Source: an uncultured Spirochaetota bacterium (GTDB taxonomy: Bacteria > Spirochaetota > Spirochaetia > SZUA-6 > Fen-1364). Taken from it: a stretch of 64,000 nucleotides of DNA. The notes under the pieces are model-generated. The model did not search any database, was not told where the DNA came from, and saw only the letters and a program-made list of their open reading frames with translations. The position numbers were made by a program, and so were the translations under genes. The stretch spans positions 64,001-128,000 of the forward strand of contig CAVTHO010000005.1 in NCBI GenBank assembly GCA_963734545.1. Direction: 5' to 3'. Shown in pieces: positions 49,678 through 58,564 of the stretch (within the stretch, counting starts at the first letter, position 1; each line of letters begins with the position of its first letter).

Positions 49678-51243
49678 ATGCGGCATACCACGGGAAACGA
49701 CGCGTACCTGGCGGGTATCGACCTGGGCTCCACGAGCTTGAAGTGCGTCGTGTACGACCTGTCGGGCAACGTCCTTGCCAGCGGCTCGCGGCCGACGGAA
49801 AGATTCCATCCGCACCCCGCGCATCCGGAGTGGACCGAGTGGGACCCGGCGCAGATCTGGGGCGGGACCGCCGCAGCCGTCCGTGACGCACTCGCGAAGG
49901 TGGACCCCGCGCGCATCGCCGCCGTGGCGGTGACCGGCATGGGCATGGACGGGGTTCCTGTCGATGAGAGCGGAAAATGGCTGTACCCGTTCATCAGCTG
50001 GCTCTGTCCCCGGACCGAGCCCCAGCGGCTGTGGTGGGAGAAGAACATCGGGACCGGGAAGACATTCTCCATCGGCGGCAACAACCTCTGGGCGTTCAGC
50101 ACGGCTCTCCGCCTTCTGTGGATGGCAGAACACGAGCCGGATATTCTCCGCCGCACCCGGAAGTGGCTTCTGATCGAAGACTTTCTCAATTTCATGCTCT
50201 GCGGCCGGCAGGCCACTGATTACAGCATGGCCTCCTGCACGCTCCTTTTCGATCAGAAGGCGCGCCGCTGGTCGAAGGAAATGCTCGGGTTGTCCGGCAT
50301 CGACGGCAGCCTCCTGTGCGATCCTGCTCCCAGCGGCACTGTCCTGGGTGAGGTCACCCGCGCAGCCGCCGAGGCCACGGGACTCGGGGAAGGCACCCCC
50401 GTCGTGCTCGGCGGCCACGACTATCTCTGCGGTGCGCTGCCGGTGGGTGCGCTTTCCCCGGGAGTCTTCCTCGATGTGAGCGGGACATGGGAGGTGGTGC
50501 AGGCCACAACGGAAAAACCGGTGCTGACTCCCGAGCTGCAGAGCATCGGGGCCACGGTGGAATGCCATGTTGCCCGGGATCAGTACTCGGTCATGGGCGC
50601 GGCGGTGTCCGCGGAGATGCTCGAGTGGTACCGGCGCGAGTTCGGCGCGGAGGCGCGGGCAAAGGCCGCCGCGCGCGGCTGCGTGGACTGGGAGACTCTG
50701 ATGGAAGAGGCCGCTGCCTCACCGATAGGCAGCCACGGCGTCATGTTCCTGCCCCACATGGGCGGCGCGGGCTGCCCGGTGGTGGACTCCCGTTCGCGGG
50801 GAGGGTTCACCGGCCTGGGCACCACGGCCACGCGCGGCGACATGCTGCGCGCCGTGATCGAAGGGCTGGACTACCAGCTCCTGGACATCATCCAGGAGAT
50901 GAAGAAGAACCTCGGGTTCGACATGCGCACGCTCGTGGTGGCAGGGGGGGCCGTGCGGAACGAGTTCTGGATGCAGAACAAGGCCGACATGACCGGCCAG
51001 CCCATCGAGATGCCCGAGGTGGAGGACGCGAGCCCCCTCGGCGCCGCGATGCTCGCCGGAATCGGTGTCGGCATCTATCGCAATGAGAAAGACGCATACG
51101 ACCATGTGCGGAAGCCGGGCAGGACGTACCAGCCGGATCTCCGGGTTACCGCGCAGTACGCTGAATGGTTTTCCCTCTACAAGTCGCTGTATCCGGCCCT
51201 GAAGCCGGTGAGCCACGCGGTCTCTGAGAAGCTCGGGAGCTAG
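49678..51243 (+). CDS. FGGY carbohydrate kinase (xylulokinase/fuculokinase-like)
   Basis: GIDLGSTSLK, GGHD, SGTWE, FLPH, AGGA...W.Q.KAD and GAAMLAG. Confidence 0.88.
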   Translation: MRHTTGNDAYLAGIDLGSTSLKCVVYDLSGNVLASGSRPTERFHPHPAHPEWTEWDPAQIWGGTAAAVRDALAKVDPARIAAVAVTGMGMDGVPVDESGKWLYPFISWLCPRTEPQRLWWEKNIGTGKTFSIGGNNLWAFSTALRLLWMAEHEPDILRRTRKWLLIEDFLNFMLCGRQATDYSMASCTLLFDQKARRWSKEMLGLSGIDGSLLCDPAPSGTVLGEVTRAAAEATGLGEGTPVVLGGHDYLCGALPVGALSPGVFLDVSGTWEVVQATTEKPVLTPELQSIGATVECHVARDQYSVMGAAVSAEMLEWYRREFGAEARAKAAARGCVDWETLMEEAAASPIGSHGVMFLPHMGGAGCPVVDSRSRGGFTGLGTTATRGDMLRAVIEGLDYQLLDIIQEMKKNLGFDMRTLVVAGGAVRNEFWMQNKADMTGQPIEMPEVEDASPLGAAMLAGIGVGIYRNEKDAYDHVRKPGRTYQPDLRVTAQYAEWFSLYKSLYPALKPVSHAVSEKLGS

Positions 51244-51258
51244 CGGCTCGAGTGCCCG

Positions 51259-52242
51259 CTAGCGCACGAGGTCATGCGCGGCAGCGATGATCTTCGGAAC
51301 CGTCGGGACCACATTCGCCTCGAGCACCGGATTGTACGGGATCGGCACATCGAGGCCTGCCACCCGCCGGATGGGCGCATCGAGATGGAAGAAGGCTTCG
51401 CTGTCCGCGATCACGGCGGCGATTTCCGCGCCGTATCCCGCTGTCTGGCACGCCTCGTGAACGATCATGGCGCGCCCCGTCTTCTTCACTGACTGGATGA
51501 TGCATGCCCTGTCCAGGGGCACGAGGGTGCGGATGTCGATGACCTCCGCGTCGATGCCCTCCGCGGAGAGCATCTCTGCGGCCTCGAGACAGCGTGCCAC
51601 CATGCGCCCGTATGTGACGATCGTGATGCCCGTGCCTGTCCGCTTGACGTCCGCAACGCCAAGAGGGACGTCATACAGGTCGGACGGATCGGGCACGGGT
51701 CCCTTCTGACGGTAGAGGAGCTTCTGCTCGATGAACACCACCGGGTTGGGATCCCTGATGGAGGCTTTCAGCAGGCCCTTCGCATCATAGGGAGTCGAGG
51801 GGATGACGACCTTCAATCCCGGCACGTGGCAGACGAGGGCTTCCAGGCTCTGCGAATGCTGCTCCGCCGCGCCGGTTCCGGAGCCGCCGGCCGTGCGCAG
51901 CACCATGGGAACGGAGACCTGGCCGCCGAACTGGTAGCGGGCCTTGGCCGCCTGGTTGGCGAGCTGCTCGAGGGCGATGGTGAGAAAGTCGCTGAACATG
52001 ATCTCCACAATCGGTCTCATGCCGGTCATTGCCGCCCCGGCAGCGGCGCCCGTGATCGCGTGCTCGGACAGTGGAGTGTCGCGGACCCTTTCTTCCCCGA
52101 ACTCCTGGACCATGCCCCTGGTCACGCCGAAAGCGCCGCCATAGATGCCGATGTCCTCACCGAGGAGAAACACGCGCGGATCCGCCCGCATCTCCTCGCA
52201 CAAAGCCTCGCGGATCGCATCCGCGTAGGTGATCTCTCTCAT
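51259..52242 (-). CDS. TPP-dependent dehydrogenase E1 beta subunit (AcoB/PdhB-like)
   Basis: [38 protein letters not shown] and [10 protein letters not shown]. Confidence 0.93.
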   Translation of the reverse strand: MREITYADAIREALCEEMRADPRVFLLGEDIGIYGGAFGVTRGMVQEFGEERVRDTPLSEHAITGAAAGAAMTGMRPIVEIMFSDFLTIALEQLANQAAKARYQFGGQVSVPMVLRTAGGSGTGAAEQHSQSLEALVCHVPGLKVVIPSTPYDAKGLLKASIRDPNPVVFIEQKLLYRQKGPVPDPSDLYDVPLGVADVKRTGTGITIVTYGRMVARCLEAAEMLSAEGIDAEVIDIRTLVPLDRACIIQSVKKTGRAMIVHEACQTAGYGAEIAAVIADSEAFFHLDAPIRRVAGLDVPIPYNPVLEANVVPTVPKIIAAAHDLVR

Positions 52243-52281
52243 TGCAGTCCCCTCAGAACCTCGGCCGACTGGACGCGGAAT

Positions 52282-52322
52282 GCGGACGTAGTCCGCTCCG
52301 GGCGGCCAGAGCGGTACTCCGC
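52282..52322. repeat. Pair of REP-like hairpins between E1 alpha and E1 beta
   Basis: GCGGAC-GTA-GTCCGC and GCGG-TACT-CCGC. Confidence 0.6.
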
Positions 52323-52356
52323 ACCTCGCCATCCAACTGCGCCAGGAGCGCAAGGG

Positions 52357-53364
52357 CTACGCATATACATCCCGCGCAGCCTCATCGATACGGGGGTCCG
52401 GGCTGGACTCGGCAAAACGCACCGCTTCCTCGACGTCGACTGCGGCCTGCGCATCGATGACATCGAGCTGCTCCGCCGTGAAGACCCCCTCGGACACCAT
52501 CCGCTCACGCATCCTCTTGATAGGGCAGCGTTTCTTCCACTCCTCGATCTCCTGCTTCGTGCGGTACACGTTCGCATCGCTCTTGGAATGGCCCATGTGG
52601 CGGTACGTGTTGAGCACGAGGAGCATGGGTCCATTCTCCCTGACGTATTCACGCGCATCCCGCGCGGCACAATAGATACCCACCGCGTCGTTGCCGTCCA
52701 TTGACACGCTCTTGATGCCGTACGCCTGTCCGCGAAAAGCAAGGTCGGGGATATTGGCCTGCTTGCGCAGGGGCGTGGACATTGCATAGAGGTTGTTCAC
52801 GCAGACGAACAGGACGGGGAGCTTCCAGACAGAGGCGAGATTGACCGACTCGTGGAACGAGCCGGTGCTCGTGGCCCCGTCCCCGAAGAAGCATGCGGTA
52901 ATTCCCGGCAGCCCCTGCATGTGCTGGCTCAGCGCCGCTCCGACCGCGATCGGGATGCCGCCGCCGACAATGCCGTTCGCTCCCAGGCTGCCCGAAGCGA
53001 AGTCGGCGATGTGCATGCATCCCCCGCGCCCCCTGCAGTAGCCGGTCTCCTTGCCCAGGAACTCCGCCATCATCAGGTCCAGCCGCATTCCCTTGCCGAT
53101 GCTCTGCCCGTGTCCCCGGTGTGTCGCGGTCATACGGTCCTCGGGATGGAGGGCCGCACAGACCGCGATGCCCGTGGCCTCCTCGCCGATGCAGAAATGC
53201 GCGGTGCCGTGGACTTTGCCTTCCGTGAAGAGACGCGCCGCGGCCTCTTCGAAACTGCGGGTCTGCGCCATCCGGGTGTAGAGGAGTCGAAGCGTGTCCA
53301 CGGAGATTCCGGACAAGTTCTCGACAGAGAGCGCTTTTCGAGCGCGCGTGCTCACCATGGCCAC
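52357..53364 (-). CDS. TPP-dependent dehydrogenase E1 alpha subunit (AcoA/PdhA-like)
   Basis: HFCIGEEA, THRGHG, GRGGCMH, TPP motif FFGDGA...NN and TYRHMGHS. Confidence 0.93.
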   Translation of the reverse strand: MAMVSTRARKALSVENLSGISVDTLRLLYTRMAQTRSFEEAAARLFTEGKVHGTAHFCIGEEATGIAVCAALHPEDRMTATHRGHGQSIGKGMRLDLMMAEFLGKETGYCRGRGGCMHIADFASGSLGANGIVGGGIPIAVGAALSQHMQGLPGITACFFGDGATSTGSFHESVNLASVWKLPVLFVCVNNLYAMSTPLRKQANIPDLAFRGQAYGIKSVSMDGNDAVGIYCAARDAREYVRENGPMLLVLNTYRHMGHSKSDANVYRTKQEIEEWKKRCPIKRMRERMVSEGVFTAEQLDVIDAQAAVDVEEAVRFAESSPDPRIDEAARDVYA

Positions 53365-53394
53365 CTCCTTTCAATCGTTTTATGCTTGTCCAAA

Positions 53395-53475
53395 ATGGTA
53401 ACATATGTTATAACATTCGTCAACGCCAGGGAGCGGACGAGCTGGATTGACATTTGTTATTTAGCATGATACAAT
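53395..53475. promoter_or_regulatory. Divergent sigma70 promoters with TAACATATGTTA palindrome
   Basis: Minus strand TTGACG-17-TACCAT (53423..53395); plus strand TTGACA-17-TACAAT (53447..53475); palindrome at 53399-53410. Confidence 0.75.
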
Positions 53476-53537
53476 CACCAGTAAAATAAGCAAACGCGCC
53501 CCTGCAGAGGGACCGCAGGCAAACAAGGAGACCAGTC

Positions 53538-54179
53538 GTGTACGAAAGCGAAAGACAGCAGATCATCGATGTCGGGATCAGCCTCGACCGCTACAGGCTC
53601 ATCAGCCTTTCCGGGGGAAACGTGAGCATGAGGATCGGCGGCCATATCCTCGTCACGCCGTCAGGCATGTCCTATGAGAAGCTCGTGCCGGCGGACGTGG
53701 TGGTCATGGATCCCAAGGGCAAGGTGATCGAAGGCGAGCGCCGCCCCTCTGTGGACACCGTGGCGCTCCTTCACATCTTCAACAACATGCCGGACGTGAA
53801 CGCAATCATCCACACGCACCAGCCCTACGCGACCGCCGTCGGGCTTGTCATGGATGAGCTGCCTGCATTCTGCACCACGCTCGTCAATGCCACTCTGGGC
53901 GCGGTGACGGTTGCTCCGTACAGCTCGGCAGCGAGCCTCGACATGGGGGTGAGGACCGTGGAGTACATCGGAGACAAGAGGGCCGTGATTCTCCGCAACC
54001 ACGGCGTGGTGACCGTTGGGCCCACGTTGAAGGACGCCTTGTACGCGGCCGTGTACCTCGAGGACGCATCTCGCTCCTACTGCGCCGCCCTGGCCATGGG
54101 AACGCCGCGCCTCCTCACGCCCGAGCAGGTCGCGGAGGCGGTGGAATCGTTCAAGCACTACGGCCAGGGGAAGAAGTAA
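53538..54179 (+). CDS. Class II aldolase/epimerase (AraD/UlaF/FucA-like)
   Basis: GGNVS, TPSG, RPSVD, HTHQPYAT and LRNHG. Confidence 0.88.
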   Translation: MYESERQQIIDVGISLDRYRLISLSGGNVSMRIGGHILVTPSGMSYEKLVPADVVVMDPKGKVIEGERRPSVDTVALLHIFNNMPDVNAIIHTHQPYATAVGLVMDELPAFCTTLVNATLGAVTVAPYSSAASLDMGVRTVEYIGDKRAVILRNHGVVTVGPTLKDALYAAVYLEDASRSYCAALAMGTPRLLTPEQVAEAVESFKHYGQGKK

Positions 54180-54184
54180 GGCCC

Positions 54185-55069
54185 GTGAAAGGTACCGTTC
54201 ACAACGGGAACTCCCCGGCCTCGACTTTCCGGTGGGGGATCTACGAGAAGGCGCTTCCCCTCACTCTCTCATGGCCGGAGAGGCTTTCCGCTGCCGCGGC
54301 CTCGGGTTACCAGTTTCTCGAGATATCGATCGATGAGAGCGAGGACAGGCTGGCGCGGCTCGCGTGGCCGCGCGAGACCCGGCAGGACCTCCATCGCGCG
54401 CTTGCATCGGCTGCCGCCTCCATCGACACCATGTGCCTCAGCGCTCACCGCAAGTACGCGCTGGGAAGCGGGTCCAAGCCCCAACGGCAGGAGGCGCTTG
54501 CCATCATGCGCCGGGCAATCGATTTCGCGGCCGAGTTCGGTATCCGGATCGTGCAGGTTGCCGGCTATGACGTGTTCTACGAGGAGTCCACCGCGCACAC
54601 GCGCGCGCTCTATATGCAGAGCATCCTGCAGTCCGCCGAATGGGCGCGGCAATCCTGCGTGACGCTCGCGCTGGAGAACGTGGACCGGCCCACGGTGGAT
54701 TCGATCGTGAAAGGCATGCACTTCGTGCAGGCAGCCGACACTCCGTGGTTCCAGATGTACCCTGACATCGGCAATCTGGCTGCCCGGGAGAAGGACGTGA
54801 CGAGCGAGCTCCTGGCAGGCGGGCGGCACATCGTGGGACTGCACCTGAAGGACACGAGGCTCGGGGAGTTCCGCAGGGTACCGCTCGGCGAAGGGCGGGT
54901 CGATTTCGAGGGGGCATTCAGAACCTTGAAACGCATGGGCTACCGCGGCCCTCTTGTTGTGGAGATGTGGAACGAAGCGGTGGCAGACCCCCTGGCCACC
55001 GTGTCCGCCGCGCGATCCTGGCTGGCGGAGAAGCTGAACGCAGCGTTCCGCAAAGAGAGTGATTCCTAG
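54185..55069 (+). CDS. ulaE: L-ribulose-5-phosphate 3-epimerase
   Basis: GIYEKALP, EISIDESEDRLARL, MCLSAHR, QVAGYDVFYE, YPDIGN, HLKDT and EMW. Confidence 0.9.
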   Translation: MKGTVHNGNSPASTFRWGIYEKALPLTLSWPERLSAAAASGYQFLEISIDESEDRLARLAWPRETRQDLHRALASAAASIDTMCLSAHRKYALGSGSKPQRQEALAIMRRAIDFAAEFGIRIVQVAGYDVFYEESTAHTRALYMQSILQSAEWARQSCVTLALENVDRPTVDSIVKGMHFVQAADTPWFQMYPDIGNLAAREKDVTSELLAGGRHIVGLHLKDTRLGEFRRVPLGEGRVDFEGAFRTLKRMGYRGPLVVEMWNEAVADPLATVSAARSWLAEKLNAAFRKESDS

Positions 55070-55166
55070 CAGACGAATCCCACCCGGTCCAGGCTCATAC
55101 GGAGCCTTGACAGGCCGGCTGCCTCTCCTAAACTGTCGTCAGCCCGACAGGCGGAAGGAGGTCCCC

Positions 55167-55940
55167 GTGCTGCTCGCCGTGTCCGTTGGCAATTCGCATA
55201 TTATCTTCGGGGTTCACGAGAATGGGGGTTGGATCCATCGCTGGAGGATCCAGACCGTGCCTGCCAAGACCTCGGACGAGTACCAGGCCCTCCTGCGAAC
55301 GCTCTTCGATGCGGCGGGACTCGGGGCCGCGCGGATCGATTCCGCAATCCTTTCCAGCGTCGTCCCTCCCCTCACCAACACAATGGTGGAAATGGTGCTC
55401 CAGCTCGCCGGCAGACAGCCTCTCCTCCTCGGACCTGCACTGGATCTGGGCCTTCGGATCACCACGGAGAATCCGGCGGAGGTAGGCGGGGATCTCGTGG
55501 CGAACGCCGTGGCGGCGTACGACAGGTTCCATGGCAACTGCATTGTCATCGACTTCGGCACGGCCCTCACTTTCACCGCGGTCGCCGCTCCGGGAGAGCT
55601 GCGGGGGGTGGCAATCGCTCCCGGTCTCAGCTCGGCGGTCAACTCTCTGGCTCACGACACGGCGCAGCTTCCGCGGATCCCCCTTGCGCCTCCGCCTGCG
55701 GCGGCCGGCAGGAACTCGGTTCATTCGATCCAGGCAGGCATCGTGCTCGGCTACATTGGTCTTGTGGAGGGCCTCATCTCCCGATTGCGGAAAGAGCTGG
55801 GCGGCTCAGCCGGGGTCGTTGTGACCGGGGGACAATCCCAGATCATGGCACCCCTTCTGGCAGGACCCGTGGTCCACGAGCAATGGCTGACCCTGGAAGG
55901 ACTGAGGATCGTCGCGGAGAGAAACTCAGGACGACCCTGA
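55167..55940 (+). CDS. coaX: Type III pantothenate kinase
   Basis: VGNSHI, SSVVP, EVGGD, IDFGTA and VTGG...LTLEGL; TTGACA-16-TAAACT upstream. Confidence 0.92.
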   Translation: MLLAVSVGNSHIIFGVHENGGWIHRWRIQTVPAKTSDEYQALLRTLFDAAGLGAARIDSAILSSVVPPLTNTMVEMVLQLAGRQPLLLGPALDLGLRITTENPAEVGGDLVANAVAAYDRFHGNCIVIDFGTALTFTAVAAPGELRGVAIAPGLSSAVNSLAHDTAQLPRIPLAPPPAAAGRNSVHSIQAGIVLGYIGLVEGLISRLRKELGGSAGVVVTGGQSQIMAPLLAGPVVHEQWLTLEGLRIVAERNSGRP

Positions 55941-55961
55941 CGGGTACGGCTTTCGGGCCGA

Positions 55962-55998
55962 GCGCGTCCTCGCGCACTCCCGAACGGGTAACGCCCGT
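55962..55998. repeat. Degenerate REP-like double hairpin
   Basis: GCGCG-TCCT-CGCGC then CCGAACGGG-TAACG-CCCGT, similar to the copies at 11810 and 12772. Confidence 0.6.
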
Positions 55999-56047
55999 GC
56001 TGCTTTTCCTGCCCCCGCAGGACAGGATGCACGCCTCGCGCCGCCGG

Positions 56048-56522
56048 CTAATACGAAAGCATTGCGTTGAGCTTGCTCACGTGGGCCTGGTCCTCCGCGG
56101 TTACCGTTGCCAGGTCGGCTGCCAGCGGGGAGGCGGCCCGGAAGGTCTTTGAGCACGGCATAGAAGTCGACGATTTTCTGTTCCATCGAGACCCCGAACT
56201 TCAACGCTTCCGCATTGGACTCGATCTTTTTTGAGGAAATCAGCTCCTCGAGCGGGTCTGTGAACTCCCGGCGGAGGAGAGCATCCAGGGCTGCGCTCAG
56301 CCGGCCAGAGGCCGATTTGCCCTTCTTTTTCAGCATTTCCTGGAAGAGCACCTTATGCCGAGCCTCCTCCTCCCTGAGGAACCTGATCTCGTTCTTGACC
56401 CTCCGTTCGGGGCTCTTCTCGATAACGGCGGAGTAGAAGTCGTAGCCCTTCTGCTCCACGAGCACCGCCATCTGCAACAGGTCCTCCAGCTTGAACTCAG
56501 CAAGATTCCACTCACCTGCCAT
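56048..56522 (-). CDS. Ferritin-like/rubrerythrin family protein (frameshift near 56145)
   Basis: MAVLVEQKGYDFY, EEEARH, MEQKIVDFY and, after frame correction, AEDQAH. Confidence 0.8.
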
Positions 56523-56748
56523 GTCGTTCCTCCTCCGCCGGCAGCGCCTCGCCTTTGCGGGGAACGCCACACACCGTGATGACTCTGGCCCCGGACGCGG
56601 TAATTTGCAAGTGGCAGCCGCCTCAATTGTGCATTATAATCGTCCGTGGATGGGAGAATCCGCGGACATCATCATAGTCTCTTAGCGCGCCCGCGTGTGC
56701 CGCGTATGTGCCATGCGGTCGGCAGTCGGTAGCAAGGAGGAAGATTGT

Positions 56749-57154
56749 ATGCCGAAGAACAAGAAAAAGAGCCCCAAAGCCAAACCGGCCAAAAAGAAGG
56801 CTCCGAAGGCGAAAAAAGCGGCCAAGGCGAAGAAGCCGGTAAAGGCCGCAGTTGCGAAGGTCGGAGCGCGGGGACCAAAGGGCGAGCCGGGAGCTGCCGG
56901 GCGGCCGGGGGAAAGAGGGCCCCAGGGCCTGACAGGACCGCAGGGACTAATGGGACCGCAGGGGGCAAGAGGCGAGCCGGGGCCTCGAGGTGAACAGGGG
57001 CCTGTCCGGACAGAAGGGCGAGCCGGGAGCGGGGATTCGATATGCAGGCGGCATGACCGCCGCGTCTGCCCATTACCTCCTTGTGGAAGCGGACGGAACG
57101 CTCCGCTACGTCTCGAACGGAAGGACATTCACCGTCCAGGTGACATCGTCCTGA
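56749..57154 (+). CDS. Lys/Ala-rich (histone-H1-like) plus collagen (Gly-X-Y)19 protein; +1 frameshift near 57007
   Basis: AAGGAGG RBS; MPKNKKKSPKAKPAKKKAPKAKKAAKAKK; GAR GPK GEP...GPV/GQK GEP GAG; tail HYLLVEADGTLRYVSNGRTFTVQVTSS*. Confidence 0.78.
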
Positions 57155-57189
57155 TACGAGGGCCTCGTCGGGAGCTGCATGCCAGCCCG

Positions 57190-57225
57190 GCTGCGGTATT
57201 CCGCAGCTCAGGCGCGGTACTCCGC
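57190..57225. repeat. Pair of REP-like hairpins between convergent genes
   Basis: GCTGCGG-TATT-CCGCAGC and GCGG-TACT-CCGC. Confidence 0.7.
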
Positions 57226-58446
57226 TAGCTCAGAAGCCGCACGGCAGCTCCCGCCGCAGCGCCCAGTCCGACAACCATCCAGGGCCTCGCGCGCCAGACG
57301 ACCAGGAGCATGAAGGCCGAAAGAGCGATGCAGAAATCAGGCACGCTTCGAATCGTGCCCGTCCAGCCGGGAGTGTAGAGCGCGGCGGCCAGCAGACCCA
57401 CGACCGCCGCGTTGATCCCCGCCAGCACGGACTGGAAAGCCGGTTTCGCGCGCAGCCCTGCCCAGAACGGAAGCACTCCCACCAGAAGCAGGAAGGACGG
57501 GAAGAAGATCGCGCCAAGCGCGATGAGCGCGCCGAGCACCCCGCTCGGTGACGGGCTCATGAGCGCGCCCAGGTAGGCGGCAAACGTGAACAGCGGCCCG
57601 GGCACGGCCTGCGCTGCTCCATACCCGGCCATGAACTGCGCCTCGCTGATCCAGGAGGAAAGAACGACCTCGCGGTGCAGGAGGGGCAGCACCACGTGCC
57701 CGCCGCCGAACACCATCGACCCCACCCTGTAGAAGCTCTCCACGAGCGCCAGCCAGTGAGCGGGAAAGCGTTCCCGCAGGACAGGGAGACCGGCAAGAAG
57801 AAGGAAAAAGAGGGAGAGACAGAAGTATCGATACCCCCCTCGGTATGTGAAAGGGGAAGTCGTCTCCCCGGAGATCGTTCCGCGCAGGAAGAAGCAGCCA
57901 CCCGACAAGACCGCCCGCCGCGATGAGAAGCACCTGCGCAAGGGCCGTGGGCAGCAGGATGCTGAGGACGGCGGCGATCACCGCCATGGTGGCGCGCTTC
58001 TGATCCGGTGCCAGCCGCGCGGCCATGCCCCAGAGTGCCTGGGCGACAACCGCGACTGCCGTGATCATGATACCGTGCAGCCATCCGGAGCTCAGAACGT
58101 CCAAAGCGCCCACGAGGAACGCGAACGCCACAAGGGCGACGGCGGAAGGAAGAGTGAACCCGGCCCAGGCCATGACGGCTCCCCAGGCTCCCGCGCGCGC
58201 GAAACCGATGGACATGTTCACCTGGCTGCTCGCGGGCCCCGGAAGCACCTGGCAGAGGGCGACCAGATCGGCGAATCCTTCCTCACTCAGCCAGGCGCGC
58301 CGTACGACATACGCATCGCGGAAGTAGCCGAGATGCGCGATGGGTCCGCCAAACGAGGTAAGCCCGAGACGAAGCGAGACCGCGAACACTTCGAGGACCG
58401 AGCGGACACGCGTCCGTGGGGGAATCATTCGCTCGCCGTCAGGCAC
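57225..58446 (-). CDS. chrA: Chromate efflux transporter (frameshift near 57835)
   Basis: LGLTSFGGPIAH, LPGPASSQ, VFGGGHVVLP and AQAVPGPLFTF. Confidence 0.9.
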
Positions 58447-58564
58447 GTCTCATTCCTCCGCGGCCGTCCTTAATGAAATCCTCGGCTCTTCTCTTCCCTG
58501 TCCGGCACCGGCTTCCACGACCCCCTCGTCCTAAGTATATTTCTGCTGGGGATCAGCCGGACAA

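Noticed and set aside
13619-50568. Long antisense or alternate-frame ORFs (13619..15469, 17198..19081, 23870..26008, 41054..43021, 48298..50568 and others)
   Set aside because: Shadow ORFs expected at high GC3; they overlap well-supported genes and lack motifs.
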